Shown here: piece by piece, positions 52,301 to 64,000 of the stretch | Numbering within the stretch: the stretch's first letter is position 1 | Layout: the number at the start of each line of letters is the position of its first letter | Assembly: GCF_964355755.1 (NCBI RefSeq) | Contig: NC_092673.1 | Location: 16,799,648 to 16,863,647, forward strand | Direction: 5' to 3' | DNA length: 64,000 nucleotides | DNA from: Antedon mediterranea | Taxonomy: Eukaryota > Animalia > Echinodermata | The notes under the pieces: generated by a model | What the model saw: only the letters and a program-made list of their open reading frames with translations | Told to the model about the DNA's origin: nothing | The model's database searches: none | Program-made: the position numbers and the translations under genes

Positions 52301-54500
52301 GCACTGATTAACCACATAAGGCTAAAAATAATAATATAAATACACACTGATGATGGAGGTATAACCTGCATGCACTGATTAACCACATAAGGCTAAAAAT
52401 AATAATATAAATACACACTGATGATGGAGGTATAACCTGCATGCACTGATTAACCACATTAGGCTAAAAATAATAATATAAATACACACTGATGATGGAG
52501 GTATAACCTGCATGTACTGATTAACCACATTAGGCTAAAAAATAATAATATAAATACACACTGATGATAGAGGTATAACCTGCATGTACTGAAACCACAT
52601 TAGGCTAAAAATAATAATATAAATACACACTGATGATGGAGGTATAACCTGCATGTACTGATTAACAACATTAGGCTAAAAATAATAATATAAATACACA
52701 CTGATGATGGGGGTATAACTTGCATGTACTGATTAACCACATTAGGCTAAAAATAATAATATAAATACACACTGATGATGGAGGTATAACCTGCATGCAC
52801 TGATTAACCACATTAGGCTAAAAATAATAATATACAGTAAATACACACTGATGATGGAGGTATAACCTGCATGCACTGATTAACAACATTAGGCTAAAAA
52901 TAATAATATAAATACACACTGCTGATGGAGGTATAACCTGCATGTACTGATTAACCACATTAGGCTAAAAATAATAATATAAATACACACTGATGATGGA
53001 GGTATAACCTGCATGTACTGATTAACAACATTAGGCTAAAAATAATAATATAAATACACACTGATGATGGAGGTATAACCTGCATGCACTGATTAACAAC
53101 TTTAGGCTAAAAATAATAATATAAATACACACTGATGATGGAGGTATAACCTGCATGCACTGATTAACCACATTCTAGGCTAAAAATAATAATATAAATA
53201 CACACTGATGATGGAGGTATAACCTGCATGCACTGATTAACCACATAAGGCTAAAAATAATAATATATAAATACACACTGATGATGGAGGTATAACCTGC
53301 ATGCACTGATTAACCACATTAGGCTAAAAATAATAATATAAATACACACTGATGATGGAGGTATAACCTGCATGTATTGATTAACAACATTAGGCTAAAA
53401 ATAATAATATAAATACACACTGATGATGGAGGTATAACCTGCATGCACTGATTAACAACATTAGGCTAAAAATAATAATATAAATACACACTGATGATGG
53501 AGGTATAACCTGCATGCACTGATTAACCACATTCTAGGCTAAAAATAATAATATAAATACACACTGATGATGGAGGTATAACCTGCATGCACTGATTAAC
53601 CACATAAGGCTAAAAATAATAATATAAATACACACTGATGATGGAGGTATAACCTGCATGCACTGATTAACCACATTAGGCTAAAAATAATAATATAAAT
53701 ACACACTGATGATGGGGGTATAACCTGCATGCACTGATTAACGACATTAGGCTAAAAATAATAATATAAATACACACTGATGATGGAGGTATAACCTGCA
53801 TGCACTGATTAACCACATTAGGCTAAAAATAATAATATAAATACACACTGATGATGGAGGTATAACCTGCATGCACTGATTAACAACATTAGGCAAAAAA
53901 TAATAATATAAATACACACTGATGATGGAGGTATAACCTGCATGCACTGATTAACCACATTAGGCTAAAAAATAATAATATAAATACACACTGATGATAG
54001 AGGTATAACCTGCATGTACTGAAACCACATTAGGCTAAAAATAATAATATAAATACACACTGATGATGGAGGTATAACCTGCATGTACTGATTAACAACA
54101 TTAGGCTAAAAATAATAATATAAATACACACTGATGATGGGGGTATAACCTGCATGTACTGATTAACAACATTAGGCTAAAAATAATAATATAAATACAC
54201 ACTGATGATGGAGGTATAACCTGCATGCACTGATTAACCACATTAGGCTAAAAATAATAATATAAATACACACTGATGATGGAGGTATAACCTGCATGCA
54301 CTGATTAACCACATTAGGCTAAAAATAATAATATAAATACGCACTGATGATGGAGGTATAACCTGCATGCACTGATTAACCACATTAGGCTAAAAATAAT
54401 AATATAAATACACACTGATGATAGAGGTATAACCTGCATGTACCGATTAATCACATTAGGCTAAAAATAATAATATAAATACACACTGATGATGGGGTAT
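49370..54500. repeat. Minisatellite, 71-bp unit, about 57 copies (main block 50570-54500)
   Basis: Unit ATGATGGAGGTATAACCTGCATGCACTGATTAACCACATTAGGCTAAAAATAATAATATAAATACACACTG. Confidence 0.97.
49506..50569. mobile_element. MITE inserted in the 71-bp minisatellite
   Basis: TIR GGGTGTCACGAAACCTAAGACCACGAAA with CTAAGAC subrepeats; 10-bp duplication GATGATGGAG. Confidence 0.88.
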
Positions 54501-56025
54501 GGCAAGCCTCAGCTGTCTGAAGTATTCAAAATATTATATTATTATATCATTTTTTTATTATATTATATATTGTATTGTAATGAATTATACGTTTTGCATT
54601 ATATTACTTGGTTTTAGCATTATATTATATCTATTTCTAATATATTATGTGAAAAATGTAACAAATTATTGACTTTTTGTATTATATTATTTGGTTTTAG
54701 CATTATATTATGAACATTTAATATTATATTATTAATAAAATACATTATATTATAATATAATTGTATTATATTAAACGCGTTTACTTTACTTTATAACATA
54801 CAACATTATTATATTATACGGATTCGTTAGTTATATTATTATTTTGTATGATGTTTATTATACGTCACGGCTTATTTCAGTTCTTCTAACTCTTTCTCTC
54901 CCTCCCCCTGTTCACTAGCAATCAGCGGCCGGCAGAATCTGAATTGTGTGACTGTTGAAGAATAACTACGTACTAGGCCTAGCCTAGGATCACCGGACAG
55001 CTACAACTAATACTACTACAATAACTACTGCTACTACCTAGGCCTAGCTAGTGAGTAGTAGGTAGCTACTACTAGGCTCTAGGGCGTATGTATGATGTTA
55101 ACTACTAGGGCCTAGGCTAGGCCTAGAGGCCTAGTACTAGGCTAGGCCTAGACTTAAGTTGTAGTAGGCTAGGGCCGGGCCTGCTGCCTTAGGCTAGGCT
55201 ACTACTACTACTACTAGGCAGCCCATGATGGGTACGAGTAAGCCAAAATTTTGGATATATGTAAACCAAAATTTCGGTACGAGCGTGTTGGCATGGCATG
55301 GGTACGGGTTGACCTGTATCCTTCTAGCTAATCGTACTATGCCTAGGCCTCAAGTAAGTCTACGCTACCCAGTCCGGCTACAATATGGTCTATTTTGTTT
55401 AATTATAGCTTTATTGATAGCTGGGTTCAAATCTGGGTTGGGACGGCTTTTTCTCATTCTAAAACAGATTTCCTTATCATAATAAAATAATATATGAATT
55501 TATTTGTAATATTGTAATGTATACATAAGTAATTGCCATTGCCTTTATTACTATTAATTATGTATTATACGGTTACCCCTTAATTATACTATAGTATAAT
55601 TTCCTTGTTATATTTTACAATATTTTCTTCCTAATTCTACAATTTTGTCTTTCACAGCACAAATTTATCATACTGAATCATCACACACCAAGTCTCATAA
55701 ATCTCTACTGTATTTGTCCAAGCTACTCCAGCTACATTGTATTGCCTTGAGGCTAAACTACACGGTATACTGGCACTACCATCATTCCTGTCTCGTCAAC
55801 CTGTACCACATAAGCACAGTTTCAGTTTGAGTTTATTTACCATTTCAATTTCTGAACATAAGAGATGAACAACTTATATGGATGGATAACCGTAAGAGCG
55901 AAGCTCGTTTACCGGCCACCCGTTAGTGCAGTGACATTACAGACAACATAAAGACAGGACAAAGGTGCAATACTTAACAAGACATGTGAACACTTGTGTT
56001 TGCAACCCCTTGGATAAAATAATAT

Positions 56026-59000
56026 ATTTATATAATGGAGAAAGTTAGATTGACTTCATGGATATATAATTTCTTAACAAAAAGGTTCCAGTATGTTAAA
56101 CTAAACGGTATTTTATCTGATAAAAGAACTGTTAGCATTGGCACGCCACAAGGGTCTGTTATCTCCCCAATGTTGTTTTCACTGTTCACCAGCAGTTTCA
56201 GAGCCAATTCAAATGAATGTTGTATAGTAAAATATGCAGATGACACAGTCATCACTGGATACATTACTGGCAATGATGAAACAAGCTATAGACAACTAGG
56301 ATGTGATTTTTATCACTGGTGCTGCAATAACAACCTGAAACTAAACATAAAGAAAACAAAAGAAATGCAAATTGATTTTAGGAAAATTAAAGAACCCTTA
56401 GAACCTCTGATTATAAATGAAAATGAGATTGAAGTAGTAAATGAGTACAAATATCTGGGTTGTATAATTGACAATAAGCTAAATTGGATAAATAATGTAA
56501 ATAAAGCCACATGCAAAGCCAACCAAAGGATGTTTATTTTAAGAAAAATGAAGTACCTACAAATTGACAAAACTATACTTAAATTGTTTTATAACTCTGT
56601 AATTCTCAGTGTAATACTTTTTTGTAATGTTTGTTTTTATGGTAATACAATGCAAAAAGATAAAATTAAACTTAATCGAATAGGAAATAGAGCAATTAGA
56701 CTAGTAGGAGAGCACTTACCTGATGTTGAATCCTTGTATAAAGAAAATGTGTTAAAAAAAGTAAAAAGTATCATTGGTGATGAAACACATCCTCTTCACA
56801 AACAATTTGCTCTCATGAATTCTGGCATAAGACTACGTGCACTTAATACCAAAACAAAACGGTTTAGGTGCTCGTTTGTACCTAATGCTATACACTTATA
56901 TAACTCCAGAGTACAAAGGTAAAATGTAACCGATAATTTTTATCTAATTTTAACAATTTTTAGCCTCTTAACTTTTTGTGTGTGTTCTTGTAAATTGTAT
57001 TTTATATTTTTGTATTTTGCCAGTTTTCAAATCACATTTCTGTTTTTTAAATGGACAATAAAGTATATATGACTATGACTATATTATAATATTTCTTTTT
57101 GATCATACAATGATAATTTTTTAATTACTTCTTAAGAAGTCATACTACTGATTCAAAATAGAGACTTACACCCTGTGGTCAAGGCTTCTTTGCTCTTATG
57201 CTTATTTCCTCCAACATACAGAGTACATAGGACTTTTTTTATTCATAACTGTTGAATTGTTTCCCAATACATAGTACCTATTGGTATTATATCTAAAAAT
57301 ACAAAGGCGGCTAACACAGATAGTTCCATATATACAGTACTCTTTTATAAATAAATGTATCTCTCCAAACTACTCCCAACTACCTAATCTAATAATAGTA
57401 CTATTAGCATACTACTATACACTTTGTAGACAAGAAATAAGTTGTATACACTAGAGGACTTATGGTAGTACAGTCGATCGCCCTCTCACTGGCCCGGTCA
57501 ACATAATCTATACCTAGATTATTACAGTAATTAAAGTACATTATTACAGGGTTTTTTTTTTTTTGCAGAAATCAAAGTTATGTGTATAGAAAGCAGTACT
57601 CGTATTAAAAACTAAGCAGGTTGCAGGTCTTGAACGCAAACTGGCAGGATATTTTGAATATTTTTGTTGTTGAAATGATGGAATCCTAACTTCAATTTCC
57701 ACGAACTGGAGACGTTTAAATTTATTTGAATAGACCTCCATGTAAACTCATTAAAGGCTACATGATTGTTTTATATTTTAATATGTGATAGTAGAAAATC
57801 ATTGTGTATAATGAGGACTATGAATCTGATATTTACTTGCATTCTCATCTTTTTAAATTATTATTTATAATGCCGGTAATGAGTTTAAAATTTAATTATT
57901 GACTATTTTTGATAATCATCATGTCCTTATAAATTCATTTATATTTCTTTTGTGTAATATAGTTCATATATTATGTATTAAGTAAATTGGTAAGGCCCTA
58001 TACTGTTACTATTTAAGGAAAGTTTATATACACTATTATTTTATGCCTACCAATATTAGTATTAATTGTTTATGTAAATATTTTGTCTAATTGCCTTGAT
58101 TTTTTGTATAGGCCAATGGCATCAATGTTTTTCTCAAAGCAAATTAGCCTAATAATGCCACATTTAGACACATGATTCATTTATTTCTGATATTCTGTAC
58201 TTGTGTATGCATTACTAAAATAGTAGTTAATATATTTCATTTATAATGTATGTATAAACATATATTCATATTTTTTTTAACATTTTTAAATTAAAAAATT
58301 ATTACAATACCTATCTACCTTTCTGATATTGTTACTATTATATAATATTCTTTGAGGCAGCAATAAAAAAAAAATTAGAACAATTAATTTGAGTTATACT
58401 GTACTATGTTAGTTCAGGAGATAAAGTGTGTGTGTGGGCAGAAACTAGTGTGTTGGAGGTTGGTGGTGTGAGGTGTATAGTTGTCACTTTAAGACCTAAA
58501 TTAGATGTTTTCTGAAGAAAAGAAGTAAGCGGATACGCTTTCAAACAACTCCAAGAAGATTCACACAAAAATAATTACTTTCCAATAAAGTAGTATAACA
58601 GTGTATATTACAGTACATTGAATAAACTCGAGCGGAATAATAACGCACATAAAAAAACATTCATTTTCTTTTCAAAAAGTGCCCTCTCTAGTTTTCTATT
58701 AATTTATTAATAATTATTATTAATTAATGAGTAATATGAACATATTTTTAATATTCAATGCTGGAAGCTGGTTCTACTCCTAACAAAGTTTCATATCTCC
58801 AAATTTCATCAACGTATTCAAAGCACTTCAATATTAAATATCACATTTAACATAAAAATTCGGGTTTTGGATAGAATTTTGCTTAAAAACATATACAAAA
58901 AACATCGATAAAAAATACTTTTCGTATTCAAAAACATTTGATACTTGGTATAAATGTTCACTATAGGTTGCTCTATTCACAGAAAAAAAATTGCATTCAT

Positions 59001-61092
59001 GAACGTTTTTTGTTGGTCGTTTTTTTCAAAATAGTTATTAGCTTGAAAAAAATGAGTTGGAATTGTATGGTCTTTCATAAGTGTACATTTTGTAAAAACG
59101 TAAATTTAAAAAATCAGTGATATGGCTTGATAGTTATTTTTTGTTTGCAATATGGATGGAGCAACCTATATTGAACATTTATACCAAGTATCAAATGTTT
59201 TTGAATACGAAAAGTATTTTTTATCGATGTTTTTTGTATATGTTTTTAAGCAAAATTATATCCAAAACCTGAATTTGTAATGTTAAATGTAATTTATTTA
59301 AGTGCTTTGAATACGTTGATGAAATTTGGAGATATGAAACTTTGTTAGGAGTAGATACAGTTTCCAGCATTAAATTTTAAAAATATGTTTATATTACTCA
59401 TTAATTGATAATAATTATTAATAAATTAATAGAAAACTAGAGAGGGCACTTTTCGACAAGAAAATGAATGTTTTTTATGTGCGTTATTATTCCGCTCGAG
59501 TTTATTCAATGTACTGTAATATACACTGTTATACTATTTTATTGGAAAGTAATTATTTTTGTGTGAATCTTCTTGGAGTTGTTTGAAAGCGTATCCGCTT
59601 ACTTCTTTTCTTCAGAAAACATCTAATTTAGGTCTTAAAGTGACAACTATACACCTCACACCACCAACCTCCAACACACTAGTTTCTGCCCACACACACT
59701 TCATCTCCTGAACTAACATAGTACAGTATAAGTCAAATAAATTTTTTAATTTTTTTTTATTGCTGCCTCAAAAAATATTATATAATAGTAACAATATCAG
59801 AAAGGTAGATAGGTATTGTAATAATTTTTAAATTTAAAAATGTTTAAAAAAAATATGAATATATGTTTATACATACATTATAAATGAAATATATTAACTA
59901 CTATTTTAGTAATGCATACACAAGTACAGAATATCAGAAATCAATGAATCATGTGTCTAAATGTGGCATTATTAGGCTAATTTGCTTTGAGAAAAACATT
60001 GATGCCATTGGCCTATACAAAAATCAAGGGAATTAGACAAAATATTTACATAAACAATTAATACTAATATTGGTAGGCATAAAATAATAATGTATATAAA
60101 CTTTCCTTAAATAATAACAGTATAGGGCCTTACCAATTTATTTAATACATAATATATGAACTATATTACACAAAAAAAGTATAAATGAATTTATAAGGAC
60201 ATGATGATTATCAAAAATAGTCCATATAATTAAATTTTAAACTCATTACCGGCATTATAAATAATATTTTAAAAAGATAAGAATGCAAGTAAATATCAGA
60301 TTCATAGTCCTCATTATACACAATGATTTCCTACTATCACATATTAAAATATAAAACAATCATGTAGCCTTTAATGACTTTACATGGAGGTCTATTCAAT
60401 TAAATTTAAATAAAAGGGTCATAATATGTCTTCGTCTCCAGTTCGTGGAAATTGAAGTTAGGATTCCATCATTTCAACAACAAAAAATATTCAAAATATC
60501 CTGCCATTTGCATTCAAGACCTGCAACCTGCTTAGTTTTTAATACGAGTACTGCTTTCTATACACATAACTTTGATTTCTGCAAAAAAAAAAAAAATTCT
60601 GTAATAATGTACTTTAATTACTGTAATAATCTAGGTATAGATTATGTTGACCGGGCCAGTGAGAGGGCGATCGACTGTACTACCATAAGTCCTGTAGGTG
60701 TATACAACTTATTTCTTGTCTACAAAGTGTATAGTAGTATGCTAATAGTACTATTATTAGATTAGGTAGTTGGGAGCAGTTTGGAGAGATACATCTATCT
60801 ATGAAAGAGTACTGTATATATGGAACTATCTGTGTTAGCCGCCTTTGTATTTTTAGATATAATACCAATAGGTACTATGTATTGGGAAACAATTCAACAG
60901 TTATGAATAAAAAAAGTCCTATGTACTCTGTATGTTGGAGGAAATAAGCATAAGAGCAAATAAAGCATTGACCACAGGGTGTAAGTCACTATTTTGAATC
61001 AGTAGTATGACTTCTTAAGAAGTAATTTAAAAATTATCATTGTATGATCAAAAAGAAATATTATAATATCTAACTTTCTCCTTTATATAAAT
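56026..61092. repeat. Large inverted repeat with arms of about 1.9 kb (56026-56050 plus 57081-58979; 59151-61092) and a spacer of about 170 bp
   Basis: The arms are reverse complements throughout, for example ATATTATAATATTTCTTTTTGATCATAC vs GTATGATCAAAAAGAAATATTATAATAT, and TATAGGTTGCTC vs GAGCAACCTATA. Confidence 0.93.
56051..57080 (+). mobile_element. 5'-truncated Rex1/Babar-like LINE with an uninterrupted RT C-terminal half (to 56922)
   Basis: GTPQGSVISPMLFSLFT, VKYADD, LNIKKTKEMQIDFRK, YKYLG, HPLH and RFRCSFVPNAIHLYN motifs. The 3' UTR has AATAAA and a short (ATGACT) tail. Confidence 0.9.
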
Positions 61093-62246
61093 GTGGGGAT
61101 TAATCTAATCATGTGATAATTAAATACTGCCCCCTATAGGTGTTGCTGCCCCCTATAATTGTAACAGTCTTTTTCAAATGATTTGCTTTCTTTTGTATTC
61201 ATGAACCGGTCAAGGAAGCAGATAGTTTTGTCTCTTACTTAATTAAAGATCTGATTAAAAGGTAATTACTCTACTTTATACATATATTACTTTGTTATAC
61301 ATTTATAAGATTCTGTTATGTTTAAGAAACATTAATGTTGTATTTTAAGATGATTGCATTCATAGGCCTAGACATTTGTTTTGGGTTAACCTTGACTCAT
61401 GGAATGTGCAGTTAGGAAGCCTATTGAATAGTATTGTGTTACAATCTTTGAACTAGGATTTTATGCCATATAATGTTATAATATATACTTTTGTGATAAA
61501 CCTTCTTTGTATTAACAAAATATGTTTAGATAGATTTAGTAATGTTTAGTTTATAGAAGATAGTTTCTAGTTAACAGTTTGTATAAAATAGTTCATCCTA
61601 CAGTTCACACTTGATTAATTTGTACACACGAGGCTACCATGCTCGTGATAGATCGTCATGTAGTGCGCCCTCTATTTATCATACAAAATGGCTGCGCCCA
61701 TGGATTTGTTATTGTTTATATATTTTACACAAACCTAAGATTATAACTCCTTGATTCAATGAATAGACTAAGTTTAGTATTCAAATAGTGTGAGTAAATT
61801 CCAACATGCATTTGTTCTAGTAATATAATAGTAATATTCAGGCACTTATGATGCAATTGTGTAGGTAATTAATTAGGTATTTGTATACTCTAACAAAGTA
61901 TACAGAGGCTGTTTAGGTAGACGTGCCGTTTGACGTAATAGTCGCAGTCCTCAGAGAGAATCCTTTTTATTAGAGTCGCCTGTTAGTTGAGGTCGTTACT
62001 AAGAATTGGCTTGTATTTTAGAATATTATTTACTTTTGTTTCTCATTGTATTTATTTTGTGGTTTTCAGGACCATACTGATCTCTATTGTTATGCTAAAA
62101 ACAAATTAAAACCAAATACACCACCGGACCGTGGTAAAAGTGAGAAAAGGCGTGTTTTTCCTTTTGTGTTGTCGTCCACATCCTTACAATTTGGTGTCAG
62201 AAGTGGGATCGTGGATCGTATTTGGCTTTAACATTAGAGATCAGTG

Positions 62247-63170
62247 ATGGCAAGCAAGGCATCGTTGCGAGATGTGCAGAGGACGGTTGATGAGCTAAGA
62301 GCCGAACTAGAAGCAACTAGGCGTGCTGCCCATGGGAATGGAAACACAGTATATGTTCTCCCAGAGAAGAAGATGAGACACTTTGTGGGAGCCGAAGGGG
62401 AATGTGTAGAGTCCTTTGTTGAAGACATCAAGGCAGCTATAAAAGTCAGAAAACTGCGAGGACAGAATGCAGCTGATTTTGTTGTTTCTCACCTAGAAGG
62501 CGCCGCACGAAGAGAAATTAGGCATCGTCCACGGGTAGCAGATGACTCGGAGCTAATACTTAGGACCTTACAAGATACCTTTGGCGAGCGGATGTCACTA
62601 AATACCATTATGAGGCAGATATATAATGCCATTCAGAAGAGAGGACAATCCATTTCGGATTATGCATTCGTTTTGCTAGGATTTTCAGAGAAGTTGGGTA
62701 GAATTCCAAATGCTCCAGATCCTGAACGAACAATTCGAGACCAGTTTTGTGAGGGTTTAGCCGATAGCGTGTTACGAAGAGAGCTGAAAAAGATGTTAAA
62801 GGACGATCCAGGTGTTACTTTCTTTAGGTTAAGGGATTGGGCGATGGATATGGAGGAGGAAGATGGCCTTCATCGAAAACCTGTAAAAGCTTATTCTTAC
62901 GTCACCGAAGCAGATGATCAGATTTTGAAAACATTAGAAAATCTCTCGCTGGCAGTAAAGATGCAAACGGAGATTACAGAAGACATTCGTAATAAACAGG
63001 AAGAATTCACTAACCGGCTAGAAAAGTTAGAGAACCAATCCAAAGAAAGAACACAGAGAAAATCTACAAGGCGAGACAAATCCACTGTTCAGTGTCACCG
63101 ATGTAAACAGATGGGACATTATGCTAGCGAATGCCCTAGTCCATGTGTAGTATCGAGTTCGGAAAACTAA
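62247..63170 (+). CDS. gag: Retrotransposon Gag with a CCHC zinc knuckle
   Basis: Intact ORF after the PBS, with capsid-like SHLEGAARREI..QKRGQSISDYA..DQFCEGL and CHRCKQMGHYASEC. Confidence 0.93.
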   Translation: MASKASLRDVQRTVDELRAELEATRRAAHGNGNTVYVLPEKKMRHFVGAEGECVESFVEDIKAAIKVRKLRGQNAADFVVSHLEGAARREIRHRPRVADDSELILRTLQDTFGERMSLNTIMRQIYNAIQKRGQSISDYAFVLLGFSEKLGRIPNAPDPERTIRDQFCEGLADSVLRRELKKMLKDDPGVTFFRLRDWAMDMEEEDGLHRKPVKAYSYVTEADDQILKTLENLSLAVKMQTEITEDIRNKQEEFTNRLEKLENQSKERTQRKSTRRDKSTVQCHRCKQMGHYASECPSPCVVSSSEN

Positions 63171-64000
63171 CATCACCCAGCTACAAGAGCCGTGTCCTGG
63201 GTGAGTGTGAGAGTGAAAATGGCTCAGTGGAGCCCAACGTATCTAATTTAATTGGAACCTGTCCAACTGTAAATATCAAACTATTTGGGAGACAAGTGGA
63301 AGCGATACTAGACACCGGTTCTCAAGTTACCACATTGTCTGAAGACTACTTCCATGAACATTTCAACCATATCTCATTGGAAAAGCTAAATTGGCTTACA
63401 ATTCGGGCTGCAAATGGGTCATCTATACCCTATGCAGGTTATTTCATATCCGACATCGAGTTGAACGGAGCGGTTATTTCGAACTGTGGTATACTAGTAG
63501 TAAAGACGTCAACTAGGTTTCCAATGTTATTGGGGATGAATGTCATCAAACACTTCACATCTGACATAGAGAAGCAACTTAATTTTACCAAACCACCAAT
63601 CAATCTGTCGCAAGCCATTCAAGGCTTATTACGAGTTGATATACCAAAAAGCCTAGTCGTTCCACCTACAAGCGCTATTTACGTTCCAGTAACTGGTCCT
63701 ATGTGCTCCGAGAGTGAAGTGCTCATAGAACCAATCGAAAATACTCCGAAAGGACTTGTCACCAGTTGTTCCCTGGCAAGTATAAAGAATGGACGCCTTA
63801 ATGTACAAGTAGTAAATGTAACTGATGAGGTGATATGGCTGAAACCGAGAACACCTGTTGGTAAAGTTCAAACTGTTGTTATGGTCGACGATGGAAGTGT
63901 GTGTATGGACAGAATCAGCGTGGATAGTAATGATGTATATTCTCTATCTCTGGAAACATCCTGTAAAGAACAAGTTTTTAAACAGCTTTGGAATGGACTA
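63161..64000 (+). CDS. pol: Pol N-terminus (aspartic protease), -1 frame relative to gag, runs off the window
   Basis: Open frame GKLTSPS..LIGTCPTVNIKLFGRQVEAILDTGSQVT..IRAANGSSIPY..MLLGMNVI with no stop to 64000. Confidence 0.92.

Larger units (their letters stand above)
61160..64000 (+). mobile_element. Gypsy/Metaviridae LTR retrotransposon, 5' part (LTR about 61160-62188, PBS 62192-62209)
   Basis: TGTAA..TTACA LTR ends (the left end is inferred). PBS TGGTGTCAGAAGTGGGAT is complementary to tRNA-Leu and is followed by gag and pol. Confidence 0.9.

Noticed and set aside
50570-54500. CRISPR-like array
   Set aside because: A head-to-tail 71-bp tandem repeat without spacers.
55658-55830. Possible next exon of gene 2 after a good acceptor (ctttcacag)
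   Set aside because: The phase-0 frame hits a stop and shows no ankyrin motif.

Overview
AT-rich, intron-containing animal DNA, probably from a marine invertebrate deuterostome (inferred from a Deu/Nin-type SINE and the transposon set). Most of the window is transposable elements. The main host feature is the 3' part of a spliced + strand gene (9 exons, 6939-19706, about 444 aa in the window). It has a ZU5-UPA (UNC5/FIIND-like) domain with an HF|C putative autocleavage site, flanked on both sides by a duplicated module of two micro-exons plus an 'EHWW' two-transmembrane exon, and no death domain. A second gene, possibly an ankyrin-repeat protein, starts at about 40174. Transposons include a near-complete PIF/Harbinger element (26357-31777) whose transposase and MADF/BESS genes sit in each other's introns, several non-autonomous Harbinger-, MULE-, Kolobok- and Academ-like elements, Helitron/HINE elements, a decayed Mag-like Gypsy, an apparently intact Gypsy 5' half (LTR, PBS, gag, -1 pol), L2/CR1 and Rex1 LINE fragments and a SINE. 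There are also two minisatellite arrays (46 bp and 71 bp units) and a roughly 4-kb palindrome. All calls were made by eye with no database searches.
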